A DNA stretch of 42,134 nucleotides, from positions 1 to 42,134 of the IMG/VR virus record IMGVR_UViG_3300048894_000068. One strand, written 5' to 3'. Origin of the DNA: a virus (Duplodnaviria > Caudoviricetes). Made by a program: the position numbers and the translations under genes. Position 1 is the stretch's first letter. Each line of letters opens with the position of its first letter. Shown here piece after piece: positions 6,878 to 16,799 of this stretch. Under the pieces are notes generated by a model. It was not told the DNA's origin and did not search any database. It saw nothing but the letters and a program-made list of their open reading frames with translations.

Positions 6878-9407
6878 GGGTTTCCATCCCCGGCGTCGCG
6901 CCGAGCTCATAGGCGTAATCGCCCAGCAGGCCGCCGCCTGGCGCTAAGGCGAAATTCCGCGGCGCGCGATAGCCGGGGAACATCTCCGGCCGCAGCCGGC
7001 CGCTGAACGCCAGCTTCGCGCCGGTCTGCGCCGAGTCCTCCATATGCGGCGCCACCAGCTTGCCGACCCCGAACGGCAGCTCCCTGATGTAGTCGCGCCA
7101 TTGCTGGGCGCGCAGCTGCGCGGTGCCCGAGCTGCCGAGCTGACGTTGTGTCGCCAGCGTGTCGGCCAGCCCGCGCAGCCCGGTCAGGTGCGCCTGGTCC
7201 TCGGCGGTCGGCGCCAGCCGGGCAACCACCGCCGCGTCGTTGCCGGTCATCCCCTCGCGGAATCGCGTCGCCTCGCCCTGCCAGGGCATCGCGTCGGGCG
7301 GCGGCTCCTTGCTGCCGGTCATCAGCCGCTGCAGCCCGGGCCGGCGGATCGCCTGCTGCGCCGCCTTATCGCCGGCGAATTGCCCTTGCAGATGGTCGAG
7401 GATCTGCGGCGTCGCGTCGTGCCCCATGCCGGTCTTGCCGTGCAGCGCGTCGACCACCTGTTGCCCGTCGCGGCCGAGATAGTTGCCGTCCTTATCCTTC
7501 GCCAGGAGGTCTTGCATGAACGGCGCCGCGCGGCTGTCGTCCGGCTTGACGAAACTCATCTGCGTCTCGTGCGCCTTCTGCGCATCGCGCAGCAGCCCGA
7601 GCCGCGACGTGTCGCCCTGCGCCAGGCCGAGCCCCGGCGCGGCGTCGGCGCGCGCGTCGAGCGCCGCCTTGAGTTGGGTGACCAGCCGGTAGTCGGTGCG
7701 GTTGCTCGACCCGCTCGCCAGGCCGCGCTTCACCTGATCGGCGAGATCGCCGATCTCGCGCCGCGCCTGGTCGAATTCGGCGAGGTTGAACCCGCGCGGG
7801 ATCAGCGTGCCGGCCGGCGTCTTGGTGCTGGTCAGGTCGGTCAGCGTGGCCAGCGCCTTCAGCGCGTTCGGCGTCAGCCGTGAATTGGCGCCGGTCGCGA
7901 GATTCGCCGCGTCGCTGAGAATCAGCCGCCCGGCGCCGGGCGCGAAGAACATCCCGCCTTTGCCGAGCGCCGACTCGCCGGCCGGCGTGAAGTCCGTGCC
8001 CAGCTTGTCATAGGCGTCCTTGGTCGCCTGGGTGAGTTGGTCATTCTTCGTGCGGATGGTGGTTTTCAGCGTGTCGCCGAGCCGGCCTTCAGTTTCCGGA
8101 GGCGCACCGGTCATCGTCTCGAGCACGCGGCCCTGCGCGTCGCGCACCTGTTGCAGCTGGGTGGTGCGGTAGCCGGTCGCCTGTGGGGCCGCCGGGCCGA
8201 ACCTCGCCTGGTTCTCTTGATTGAGCAGTGGCTGCTGCTGGGTCCGCACGCCGGTCGACATATCGACGCCATACTGCGCCGACTCGACGTTGGCGCGCGC
8301 CGCCGAGGGCGCGCCCGGCGCCGGCGGGCCGCCCAGTTCGGCGACCTGTTTGCCGGCCGGCCCCATCTTGGTCTGCAGATCCTTCAGTTGCCCGATGGTG
8401 AGCACGCCGGGATCCTTGCCGGCCTGCTGGAATAGCTGCTGCCCGGTGGTGGTCAGCATGTCCTTGGTGACCGGCGCGGTATCCGGCGCCCCGCCGCTAT
8501 CGGCGAGCAGCGTGCCGGCGCCGCTCCAGCGGGTACGCCAGACCTGGGCGAGGTCTTTGATCGCGGCGCCGCCGGCACCGCCAAGGCCGCGCGCCAGCAG
8601 ATCGATCGGATCGGCGCCGCTGCCGCCGCCTTCCGCGCGGATGATCTCGCCCTCGGCACCGCCGGCGCCGACCTGGGCGACGCCGTGCGAGACGGCGCGC
8701 ACCAGACTCGGCACCCAGCCGGCGCCGAGCCGCCCCGCCAGCGCCAGTTCGGGCGCCGCAGCGAACAGCGAGGCCACGCCCGTGTCGCCGATCAGCCCGA
8801 CGATGTCCTGCGAGCGCAATCCCGGCTTGGAGATGTAGAGCCGCGTGCCGTCCGGCTTCTGGATCATCGGATTGCCGCGCGAGTCTTGAATCGCTTTGGC
8901 GCCGGGGTAGGCCTGCAGCGCCAGCGCGGTGAGTTGGTCCGGCCTGGCGTTGAACAGCACCCCGGTGAGGTAGGCCTGCTCGGCGTCGGTCGCCTGCTCG
9001 GTCGGGCCGGAGCCGGAGAAGTCTGATTTCGGGGCGAGCGTGTCGAACAGCGACGGCGTGTCCTGCTCCTCCGGTGGCACCCGCTTGATCAGCGGGGTGA
9101 CCGTGCTGCCGACCGGGGCATTGGTGATCGCCGAGGGCGGCGCCTGCGGCGGCGAGGTCCAGTCGCCGGCGGTGACCTTGTCGACCAGCTTGCCCGGCAG
9201 GTTCCACCAGGCGCGATCCATCACCGCGGGCGGTGCCTGTGGCGCCGGCATGTCCGCGCTGTAGATGCGCTCGAGCTCTTGCGCCTCGGCGTGCTGCTTT
9301 TCGCCGGTCACCGTGGGCGGCATCGCGGCGGGGCCGCCCCCGACATCACCGCCGTAGATCGCCCCGATGTCGTCGGCCGGCGCCGGCGTGCCCGTCCAGT
9401 CGCTCAT
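6864..9407 (-). CDS. Large DNA-ejection (internal virion) protein, P22 gp16 positional analogue
   Basis: 847 aa, Ala/Gly/Gln-rich with hydrophobic Gly-rich segment; position after the other ejection genes. Confidence 0.7.
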   Translation of the reverse strand: MSDWTGTPAPADDIGAIYGGDVGGGPAAMPPTVTGEKQHAEAQELERIYSADMPAPQAPPAVMDRAWWNLPGKLVDKVTAGDWTSPPQAPPSAITNAPVGSTVTPLIKRVPPEEQDTPSLFDTLAPKSDFSGSGPTEQATDAEQAYLTGVLFNARPDQLTALALQAYPGAKAIQDSRGNPMIQKPDGTRLYISKPGLRSQDIVGLIGDTGVASLFAAAPELALAGRLGAGWVPSLVRAVSHGVAQVGAGGAEGEIIRAEGGGSGADPIDLLARGLGGAGGAAIKDLAQVWRTRWSGAGTLLADSGGAPDTAPVTKDMLTTTGQQLFQQAGKDPGVLTIGQLKDLQTKMGPAGKQVAELGGPPAPGAPSAARANVESAQYGVDMSTGVRTQQQPLLNQENQARFGPAAPQATGYRTTQLQQVRDAQGRVLETMTGAPPETEGRLGDTLKTTIRTKNDQLTQATKDAYDKLGTDFTPAGESALGKGGMFFAPGAGRLILSDAANLATGANSRLTPNALKALATLTDLTSTKTPAGTLIPRGFNLAEFDQARREIGDLADQVKRGLASGSSNRTDYRLVTQLKAALDARADAAPGLGLAQGDTSRLGLLRDAQKAHETQMSFVKPDDSRAAPFMQDLLAKDKDGNYLGRDGQQVVDALHGKTGMGHDATPQILDHLQGQFAGDKAAQQAIRRPGLQRLMTGSKEPPPDAMPWQGEATRFREGMTGNDAAVVARLAPTAEDQAHLTGLRGLADTLATQRQLGSSGTAQLRAQQWRDYIRELPFGVGKLVAPHMEDSAQTGAKLAFSGRLRPEMFPGYRAPRNFALAPGGGLLGDYAYELGATPGMETRGRR

Positions 9408-11662
9408 CGCTTGACCGCCAACTCCTTTTCCCAGGTGCCGTCGGGGTGCTGCTTCCAGGCGTAGTAAGGCTGCCCGACCTCGATGCTATCGCGAAACGCC
9501 TTGTGTTCGGCGGCTGGCCGGCTGAAATCCGGCGCCGACTGGATCATCGGCCCGAGGCCGCCCTTCGCCTTCGGCTGGTCCATCGCGTCGTCGACGCCGA
9601 TCAGGTCGCCGTGCTCCTTGCGGTAACGCATCATGTAGTCGTTTTCCTGGGTGACACGCGCCGCGGCATTCTCGAGGAATGCCAGGGCCTTGGTGCGGCC
9701 TTCGGGGGTTTCCGACAGGCTCGGCAGCGCCCGCTGGAAATTCGCCATCTCGGCGGTGCGCAGCGCCCCCGAGCCGGTCGGCCGCATCATCACCGCAACG
9801 TTGTTGGTCAGGCCCGTCAGCAGCTGTGATCCGGTCACCGCCTGCTGCTGCGACGGCGTGGTCCAGCCGAGTTGGTTCAGCCAGCCGGCCATCTCGGGGA
9901 AATGCTGCAGCAGCATCCCACCGGACGGCAGATCCGGCAGCACCGCGCGGATCTGCGACAGGCGGTTGCGCAGCTCGCGCGCGCTGGACGCCGCCTCGGC
10001 GGTCTTTTTCAGCGTGTCGGTGTCGGCGGCCGTTTGCACGCCGGCTGACGTCGTCTGCAGTTGCAGTTTCTGCTCGTGCTCCTTGAGCTTCATCTGCCGC
10101 TGCAGCTCGGCCTCAGCCTCGGCCTGCTTTTGTTGCGCCGCGCGATTCTCGGCGGCCACCTTGAGTTGGTAGTCGACCGCGTCCTTCCGCCTCTGGTCGT
10201 CGAACGCCACCTGGCGGTCGCGCGCTTCCTTGTCGAGCGCGGCGCGCTGCTCGTTGCGCTTCGCCTCGAGCTCCGTGACCTTCTGCGCGGTGTCCTTGTT
10301 CGGGCTGGCCTGCAACGCCTGCACCTGTTGGCGGAATTCCGCCTCGATGCGCGCCCGCTCGGGGGCCAGATCAGCGATCGACGGCGCCGCCATCGGCGGC
10401 AGATCCGGCGGCTTGACCAGCGCCGGCGGCAGGTTCGCCGCCGGCGGTGCGGCCAACCCCGGCGCCGCGGGCGCTGCCGGGGTCGTGGGCGCGGGCGGCG
10501 TGGTGCCCGGGGGCGTCGGCGCCGGCGGCGCGGTAGCGCCTCCAGTGCCCGCCCCAGGCCCGGCAACCTGCACCCGCCCCGGCGCGCCGGCTGCCTGCAG
10601 CCCGGCGATGCGCTGGCCGACCGCGGCGATGCGGGTGCCGTAGCTGTCGGCCTTGCCTTCGGTCGGCACGTTGGGATTGTAGCCCGCCGTGGCCAGCGCA
10701 TCGCCGAGCGCCTTGTGGTCGCCGCTGCGGGTGACGCCCTTGTAGCGGTCGCTTTTCAACAGATCCGTGTAGGCCTTCACGCCGGCCTCCGGCGTGTCGA
10801 ACGCCAGCGGCTTGCCGTCGGCGCCGGTGATGCCGAAGAAATTGTTCTTCTGCGCCGCCGGTGAACGCCCGTAAGCCGTCTCGAGCGCCGCCTGCGAGGT
10901 GATGAAATCCGCCGGCAGGCCGGTGTCCTGCGAGACTTGCTGCGCGATCGGCGCGAATTTCGTCACGAAATCCGCGTCGCTGCCGCCCGCCGAGGCCGGC
11001 GAGCCGCCCGGGGTGAGCGACGGTGCCGGCGAGCCGCCGCCGCCCGCCGCGTCGTCCGCCGCCTTCTTGCCGCCGGCGATCTGATCGCGCAGCAATTTCA
11101 GCTGCTCGAGGCGCGCCTGCGCGGTCAGTCCCTGGATCTGCAGCCCGGCGCGTTTCAGCGCCAACTCGCTCTGCCGCTGCTGGTTGGCGGCCACCAGCTG
11201 CTCCGTCTCGAGCGGCACCTTGCCGGCCGACTCGAGGCCGGCGGCGAGGATCTGCCCGAAATTCCGCGGCGTGTAGGACGGCCCGCTATTCGCCAGCATC
11301 GACAGGCCGAACTGCAGCAGCGCCCGCGTGCCGGCCGAGCGCGACTGCTCGGGAGACAGCCCGGCCAGCGCCGGATCGCCGCCGGCCAGTGCCAGGCCGG
11401 CCTTGCCGACCCAGCCACCGAACCGGTCGAGGAAGCCCGGCCCGTCATCCGGCGCCGCCGCCGCAGGGCCAGGCGCGCCGTCAGGCGGCGCGGCGGGCGC
11501 TGCCGGGGGTGAGGCCGCGGAATCGCTGGCAGGAGCGTCCTGCGCCGTTGTGGCGCCCAGGAACATCTGCGCGACGCGGGGATCGCCGCTCCCCAGCAGC
11601 GCCTGCAGTTGCTGGGCGTTCAGCGTGTCGGCATCGTCGCCCTGATCCAGCAGCCCCGCCAT
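9404..11662 (-). CDS. DNA-ejection protein with GH73 glucosaminidase/FlgJ-like peptidoglycan hydrolase domain
   Basis: FVTKFAPIA...SQAALETAYG...NNFFGI...FDTPEAGVKAY...AGY; start MAGLLDQ at 11662. Confidence 0.8.
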   Translation of the reverse strand: MAGLLDQGDDADTLNAQQLQALLGSGDPRVAQMFLGATTAQDAPASDSAASPPAAPAAPPDGAPGPAAAAPDDGPGFLDRFGGWVGKAGLALAGGDPALAGLSPEQSRSAGTRALLQFGLSMLANSGPSYTPRNFGQILAAGLESAGKVPLETEQLVAANQQRQSELALKRAGLQIQGLTAQARLEQLKLLRDQIAGGKKAADDAAGGGGSPAPSLTPGGSPASAGGSDADFVTKFAPIAQQVSQDTGLPADFITSQAALETAYGRSPAAQKNNFFGITGADGKPLAFDTPEAGVKAYTDLLKSDRYKGVTRSGDHKALGDALATAGYNPNVPTEGKADSYGTRIAAVGQRIAGLQAAGAPGRVQVAGPGAGTGGATAPPAPTPPGTTPPAPTTPAAPAAPGLAAPPAANLPPALVKPPDLPPMAAPSIADLAPERARIEAEFRQQVQALQASPNKDTAQKVTELEAKRNEQRAALDKEARDRQVAFDDQRRKDAVDYQLKVAAENRAAQQKQAEAEAELQRQMKLKEHEQKLQLQTTSAGVQTAADTDTLKKTAEAASSARELRNRLSQIRAVLPDLPSGGMLLQHFPEMAGWLNQLGWTTPSQQQAVTGSQLLTGLTNNVAVMMRPTGSGALRTAEMANFQRALPSLSETPEGRTKALAFLENAAARVTQENDYMMRYRKEHGDLIGVDDAMDQPKAKGGLGPMIQSAPDFSRPAAEHKAFRDSIEVGQPYYAWKQHPDGTWEKELAVKR

Positions 11663-11666
11663 TGCC

Positions 11667-12101
11667 TCACATCCCCAGCAGGCCGCCGCCGGGCCCACGC
11701 GGCGCGTAGGCCTTGCCCGATAATCCCAGTTGCCCGAGCGCCTGCCGGCGGGCCAGCAGCTGCTGCATGATCGCCTGCAGTGACGGCGCCGCCTGCTGCT
11801 GGATCGGCAGCATCGGGATCTGTGGCACCTTCTGCTGGCCCGCCGCCGCTGTGGCCGGATCGCCGAGCTGCTTCTTGATATCGCCGAGCCCACCCTTCAG
11901 CGCGGCGAGCTCCTTGGCGGTGCTGTCGCGGCCCAGCCAGTCGCCGAATTGCTGGCCCCAGGAGCGATCGTCGGGCGAAGTGTTGCCCGCGCCGAACCCG
12001 ATATCTTGCCCGGCGAACTGCGACGTGGCCGGCATCGACGTGTCAGGAAACAGCGGCTGATCGAAATTCAGCAGATCGGATTCAAACTGGCTCCCGCTCA
12101 T
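11667..12101 (-). CDS. Small Gln/Gly-rich virion/ejection protein, 144 aa
   Basis: ATGA-coupled to the upstream stop; ends PGGGLLGM. Confidence 0.6.
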   Translation of the reverse strand: MSGSQFESDLLNFDQPLFPDTSMPATSQFAGQDIGFGAGNTSPDDRSWGQQFGDWLGRDSTAKELAALKGGLGDIKKQLGDPATAAAGQQKVPQIPMLPIQQQAAPSLQAIMQQLLARRQALGQLGLSGKAYAPRGPGGGLLGM

Positions 12102-12853
12102 GCGGCACCTCCCAGCAAGTCGCGCACGCCGCCCATCTCGAGCACCTCCCGCGTCAGCGTGACCAGCGGCTCGTTCAGCTCGCGCACCACCAGCGCCATG
12201 CGCGCGCGGTAGTCGGCATAGAGTCCCGGGTGGAATTCCTTGAGATACGCCGCGCGCCGCTCGCCCCACCAGGCCGGGCAGCACGCGCACTCGGGCGCGT
12301 TGGTGACGTGCTCGTAGATCCGGCACAGCGGCGCGCCGACATCGCGCAGGTAGGCGAACACCTCGGCATGCGACCACTCCTGCAGCGGCAGCCAGAGCTC
12401 GATGCCGTCGGGCGTCGCGCCCGATTCGTAGGATAGGCGTGGCGTGTCGACCCGCTTGCTGCCACGGATCAGCAGCGTGTGGCCGTCATCGCGGATCCGC
12501 CGATAGAGCGGCATCGACAGATTGGCGTGGCAACACTTGTACCGCGGCACCAGCGTGGTGCCCTGCTGGCCGAGCAGGCGGCCCATCGGGTGCTGGCTGT
12601 ACGGGATCAGATCCGACGGCAGGCCGTGCGCCAGGATCCAGCCGGCGACGTCACGCTCGACCCGCACGAAATGCGGGAACATCGTCTCGACGTGGCAGAC
12701 GATCTCCCTCACCTCCGGCAGGAGGTCGCCTGTGTCGAGGTGATAAACCGTCAGACGATCGGCGTGCTCGCGCAGCATGTAGGCGACGGCGAGCGAATCT
12801 TTTCCTCCCGAAACACAAAGCGCCGCCCGGCTGTGGCGATCGAGCGGGCTCAT
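12098..12853 (-). CDS. PAPS/APS-reductase-family PP-loop protein, 251 aa
   Basis: SGGKDS PP-loop, LDTG, CC...CxxC, PLQEWSHAEVFAYL; ATGA coupling at both ends. Confidence 0.85.
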   Translation of the reverse strand: MSPLDRHSRAALCVSGGKDSLAVAYMLREHADRLTVYHLDTGDLLPEVREIVCHVETMFPHFVRVERDVAGWILAHGLPSDLIPYSQHPMGRLLGQQGTTLVPRYKCCHANLSMPLYRRIRDDGHTLLIRGSKRVDTPRLSYESGATPDGIELWLPLQEWSHAEVFAYLRDVGAPLCRIYEHVTNAPECACCPAWWGERRAAYLKEFHPGLYADYRARMALVVRELNEPLVTLTREVLEMGGVRDLLGGAA

Positions 12854-13794
12854 ACGATCGCCGCCACCGAACCGGCGACCGCGGCGGCGGTGCCGATGCC
12901 ACCCATCACCTGGCCGGCGACATTGCTCTGCGGCGGCGGCCCCGTGGTGGTGGTGGTGCTGCCGTGCGGTGTGGTGCCGAGCACCGACTCCAGCACGCCG
13001 AGGCTCTCGGTCGGGTAGTCCCACTGGGTCTGCCAGTTCTGTGCCAGCTGGTCCTGCTCGGCCTGTGTCTGCCCCTGCTCGGCGCGCCCGACCTGCTCGA
13101 GCAGCCCGCCCTCTTTCGCGGTTTCCGCCTGCTGGCCGACCGCGAGCTGCGGCAGCGCGTTGACCGCCCACTCGCCGGCGCCGAGATTCTGCTGCGCGAT
13201 CTGGCCAGCCGCCTGCTGCGCCTGGTTGTAGCCGCTGGACAGCAGCCCGCCGACCAGCTGACCTTCGCCGAGCGCCTCCTGCGACTGCGCGGTGCCCTCC
13301 TGCACGCCGAGGCGCGAGCCGCCGAACGCGCCGACATTGGACGCATTGGCGCGCTGCTGGCCGAGCGACTGCGCGAGCCCCTGGCGCATCTGCGTCACGG
13401 TGGGATCCACCACCGAGGTCAGGTAGGGATTCATCAACGCCTGGGTGTCGGTGTTGATCTGTCCCGTCGTGATCGGCGCGGCGGAATTCAGCAGGCCGCC
13501 ACCGGTGACCGCGCCCTGCGCCGCGGCGAATGCCGGATCGGCCGCGCCCTGCATGTTGCGGATGTTCGTGTAGGCCTGCGTCACGTCGGCGTTCTGCGGC
13601 ACCACCGTGGCGTAGGGGTTCGCCTCGTAGGGCCGATTGGAAATATCCTCGGCGCGCTGCAGCGACGCCTCGCCGGCGGCCTGGATGAATGGCGGCAGCT
13701 GCTGCACCTGGGTGGTGACCTGTGGCTGGCCACCACCGCCGCCGCGGCAAATCGCGAAGTCGGTCGCGTAGGGCGGCCGCCAGAACCCGGTCAT
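12850..13794 (-). CDS. DNA-ejection/pilot protein (P22 gp7-like), 314 aa
   Basis: Short leader then RGGGGGQPQVTTQ, MNPY, GAFGGSR, Gln/Ala-rich body and hydrophobic Gly-rich C-terminus. Confidence 0.75.
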   Translation of the reverse strand: MTGFWRPPYATDFAICRGGGGGQPQVTTQVQQLPPFIQAAGEASLQRAEDISNRPYEANPYATVVPQNADVTQAYTNIRNMQGAADPAFAAAQGAVTGGGLLNSAAPITTGQINTDTQALMNPYLTSVVDPTVTQMRQGLAQSLGQQRANASNVGAFGGSRLGVQEGTAQSQEALGEGQLVGGLLSSGYNQAQQAAGQIAQQNLGAGEWAVNALPQLAVGQQAETAKEGGLLEQVGRAEQGQTQAEQDQLAQNWQTQWDYPTESLGVLESVLGTTPHGSTTTTTGPPPQSNVAGQVMGGIGTAAAVAGSVAAIV

Positions 13795-14174
13795 AGGTGG
13801 CCTCCGTTGCGTCGCGCCAGCGATTTCTGAAACCGCATGCTGACCGGCACCCAGCCGGTCTTGCGGCCGACCCGTCCCCAGGCGCTGCGGCCATGGGTGA
13901 CCATGAACGCGCAGTCGTGTTCGCGCGCGAACGCCTCGATTTCCGGTTCCATCTCGAGGATCTCGGGCAGCCTCCCGGCGCAGGCCACGACATTGCAAAC
14001 GTTCTTTTGCGGGAAACCGAGGATCTCGGTGATCGCCAGCGAGTGCGCGCGGTGGAAGATCCGCACCCGCCCGTCGCGCGCCTGCGCGATCAGGTCGTCG
14101 ATCGTCGCGGTGCCGCCGGCATCGGTGAGTGCCTGGTTGAGCTGTTGCACGAGACGCTGATGTTCCGGCGTCAT
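13791..14174 (-). CDS. GNAT-fold virion assembly protein (P22 gp14/T7 gp13 positional analogue)
   Basis: AGRLPEILEMEPEIEAFAREHDC...GRSAWGRV pattern; lies between nozzle and first ejection gene. Confidence 0.65.
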   Translation of the reverse strand: MTPEHQRLVQQLNQALTDAGGTATIDDLIAQARDGRVRIFHRAHSLAITEILGFPQKNVCNVVACAGRLPEILEMEPEIEAFAREHDCAFMVTHGRSAWGRVGRKTGWVPVSMRFQKSLARRNGGHL

Positions 14175-14383
14175 CGCGGCACCACCGCCGCCGACAGCGC
14201 GCCGGCATCATCGACCGCGACGCGATACGTCGTGCCGTTCGGCGCGATCAGCAGCACCGCGGTGTAGGTTGGCTCCGACGTGGCGTCCGCCTTGCGCGAG
14301 ATCGCATCGGCGATCTGCCGCAACTGATCGCGCGGCGAACCGGTCATCGCCGGCGAGAACGGTGCGGGTGGGCGATAGGCCAT
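14171..14383 (-). CDS. Small tail-associated protein, 70 aa
   Basis: LLIAPNGTTYRVAVDDAGAL beta motif seen in tail proteins; tightly tiled with neighbours. Confidence 0.6.
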   Translation of the reverse strand: MAYRPPAPFSPAMTGSPRDQLRQIADAISRKADATSEPTYTAVLLIAPNGTTYRVAVDDAGALSAAVVPR

Positions 14384-15922
14384 TTATCGATACCCGCCAG
14401 GACGCACGATCAGCCGCGTCTTGCCCAGCGCGAACGGCCCGTCGCTCAGGGCCTCGATCCGCATGCGCAGGTTGCGCGCGGAGAACCGCACGTCGGTCAG
14501 CCCGCTGTCGTTGGTGATCGGAAACACCCCGGTGTCAGCCTCCGGCCCGTTCGGTTCCTCGGCGATGAAGAACCTGTATCCGACGCGATCGGCCGGCCCG
14601 GTAAAGTCCTGGGCGATCTGTTTCACATGAAACCGCTGCTCCGCCGCCTCGCTCAGTGAGAATGCACCGGTTTCCAGATAGATCTGCTGCGCGCGCGGCA
14701 CGCCGGAATCGGTCCAGCCATATTCGTGATAGAGCACCTGGCCGGCGGCGTCGCACAGCACCGGGCGCACCATCGCGCCCCGCACGTCCGACGCGGTGCG
14801 CTGCTGCTGGCCGATGATCCACGGGCGCGCCGCGTCGCCATAGTTGAAGGCGACATACCGGTTGCATTCCTGCGAATCCTCGCTCGGCCAGTACCACCAA
14901 TGCTCCGAGAAGGCCGGGTTCGGCGCGCCGAACACCCGGCCGACCATCTCGCGGTTGAGCAGCGAGAACAGCCAATCGCCGACATCCGACGGCAGGGGTG
15001 CGAGCGTACCGTCATAGCTCCAGAAGCTTTGCTGGCTCATCCATGTGGTGACGCCCCCGGCCTGGCTCATCGCGCGGCGCGAGATCGGGCCGCAATTCGC
15101 GCCGATTTTATTTATTCCGTAAGCGTAAGGAGGGCCGACATAGCGCATCAAATGCACGTCGTTATCGGTCCAGATCAGCAGTCCGCTCGCCACGCGCATC
15201 GCATTCAGCGGGCGCCCCTCCGTCTCGAGCATCAAGCTGCCGGCCAGGTTGTCGACCGCCGCCGCCCACACGTCGGGATTCTCCTGATCGGACCACGACA
15301 CCTGGCGCGCATTGCCGGTGGCACCGATCAGCACGACGTGCCGCTCGTCGGTGACCGCCACCGCCGCGGCGCCGACGGGCGCGTTGGGCACCGCCGCCGC
15401 CGGCGTAGCAGGCGTGCTGGGCGACCAGCGGCACAGCACGCCGCTCTGCGTCGGCAGCACCAGCAGATCCTCGCCGAACAGGTGCAGCGACCACATATCG
15501 CCGAGCACCGCCGAGACATCAGTGATGCCGATATCGGCGGGATCGCGCGCCGTGCCGTAGGCGTCCTCACCGTAATCGGCCAGGCCGTAGCCGACCGCAG
15601 CGCCCGGCGGCTCGAGCGGCCCGACGCCGGCCGGCGTGATGTCGTAGAGGGTGCCGAGGCCGAAATCCAGCGCGTAGAGCGCGGTGTCGGTGCCGAACGC
15701 GCCCCAGCGATTCCCGGTGTTGTCGTGCCAGGTCAGCACGTCGCGCCCCGGCCCGCCGAGGTCGACGCCGGGCAGGGCGGCCGAGCCGCCGACCGGCTGC
15801 GCCTGGCCGCCGCGCCAGCGCATCAAATTCATGTCGAACCAGCGTCCGCTTGAGGCGTCCGCCGTCGCCCCGCGATAGATGCCGGGTTGCGGGAACACGG
15901 GAACGCGGCCGGTTTTTGCCAT
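14384..15922 (-). CDS. Tail nozzle / head-closure protein (P22 gp10-like beta-propeller)
   Basis: About 512 aa; WSDQEN..W.....N.AG, YVGPPYAYG, WWYWPS motifs; position in a podovirus tail module. Confidence 0.8.
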   Translation of the reverse strand: MAKTGRVPVFPQPGIYRGATADASSGRWFDMNLMRWRGGQAQPVGGSAALPGVDLGGPGRDVLTWHDNTGNRWGAFGTDTALYALDFGLGTLYDITPAGVGPLEPPGAAVGYGLADYGEDAYGTARDPADIGITDVSAVLGDMWSLHLFGEDLLVLPTQSGVLCRWSPSTPATPAAAVPNAPVGAAAVAVTDERHVVLIGATGNARQVSWSDQENPDVWAAAVDNLAGSLMLETEGRPLNAMRVASGLLIWTDNDVHLMRYVGPPYAYGINKIGANCGPISRRAMSQAGGVTTWMSQQSFWSYDGTLAPLPSDVGDWLFSLLNREMVGRVFGAPNPAFSEHWWYWPSEDSQECNRYVAFNYGDAARPWIIGQQQRTASDVRGAMVRPVLCDAAGQVLYHEYGWTDSGVPRAQQIYLETGAFSLSEAAEQRFHVKQIAQDFTGPADRVGYRFFIAEEPNGPEADTGVFPITNDSGLTDVRFSARNLRMRIEALSDGPFALGKTRLIVRPGGYR

Positions 15923-15923
15923 C

Positions 15924-16781
15924 TCAGTGCATGCCGCGCATCGGCGAGCGGAGCAGCTGCTGCGTTGCCGGCGCGTCCTGCGCAACAGTCATCGTCGGCG
16001 GCCCGCAATAGATCAGCTTGGTGACGCCAAGGCGTGGCGAGTACAGCGGGAACGCGGCGCCGCCGCCGCCCAGCCGGCCGGTGTGGGTGTGCGTGCCGGC
16101 GCCATAGGTCTGGACGGCGTGCTGATGCGACCCGCCGGCATTGATGCTGAGATTGTGCTGATGCGCCCCGGCGATGCTGGTGGTGCCAGTGCCACCGGAC
16201 GGGAACGGGCCGCTGCCGACATTCACCGCGCCAGACACATAATAAGCCCCACTGTAAGTGTGACTGTGATCGCCCTGCGTGTCGGTGGTGCCGGTGTGCG
16301 TGTGGGATCCCTGCACGTCGGTGTAACCAGTATGCGTGTGATCGCCCACCGCGTCGATGGTGATCGGCGCCGCCGGAAGCTGGCTCGCCGTCAATGTCCA
16401 TTGGAAGTATCCGGCCGCCTGCGCCAGCGAGAATCCGCCGGCGACACCGCCAGCGTCGGTTGCCGTGCCGGCGCCGGCGGCGACGCGGCCGCGCAGATCG
16501 GGCACGCGGAAATTGTTCACCCCATCGCCGCCATAGCGCGTGCTGATCACCGCAAATAATTTGAGGTAACTGGCGATGGCGTAGGTTGCGCCGTCGCACA
16601 GCAGCCAGCCGGCGGGCGCGGTAGCCCCAGCGAAATCCAGCAGCCCGCCGATCGGCATCGCCGCGCCCATCACCGCATCGATCGTGTCGAGGTCGGCGTT
16701 GACCTTTGCGCCCCAGGTGTCGCGCGACGATCCCGTTTCGGGTTTCACGAGACCCCAATAGGTGGTTGTGCTATCAGCCAC
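15924..16781 (-). CDS. Tail fibre with tail-collar domain
   Basis: [22 protein letters not shown]...[15 protein letters not shown] and repeated HxH (HTH/HSH/HQH) motifs. Confidence 0.9.
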   Translation of the reverse strand: MADSTTTYWGLVKPETGSSRDTWGAKVNADLDTIDAVMGAAMPIGGLLDFAGATAPAGWLLCDGATYAIASYLKLFAVISTRYGGDGVNNFRVPDLRGRVAAGAGTATDAGGVAGGFSLAQAAGYFQWTLTASQLPAAPITIDAVGDHTHTGYTDVQGSHTHTGTTDTQGDHSHTYSGAYYVSGAVNVGSGPFPSGGTGTTSIAGAHQHNLSINAGGSHQHAVQTYGAGTHTHTGRLGGGGAAFPLYSPRLGVTKLIYCGPPTMTVAQDAPATQQLLRSPMRGMH

Positions 16782-16799
16782 CGGACGATTCCTTTGGCA

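Noticed and set aside
12098-12853. cysH as a sulfur-assimilation auxiliary metabolic gene
   Set aside because: No C-terminal ECGLH catalytic motif, and the context is structural
12854-13993. N-terminal extension making the PAPS-family ORF 631 aa (also the long starts for TerL, primase and 40065..41321)
   Set aside because: The extensions overlap real upstream genes; ATGA/GTGA-coupled internal starts fit better
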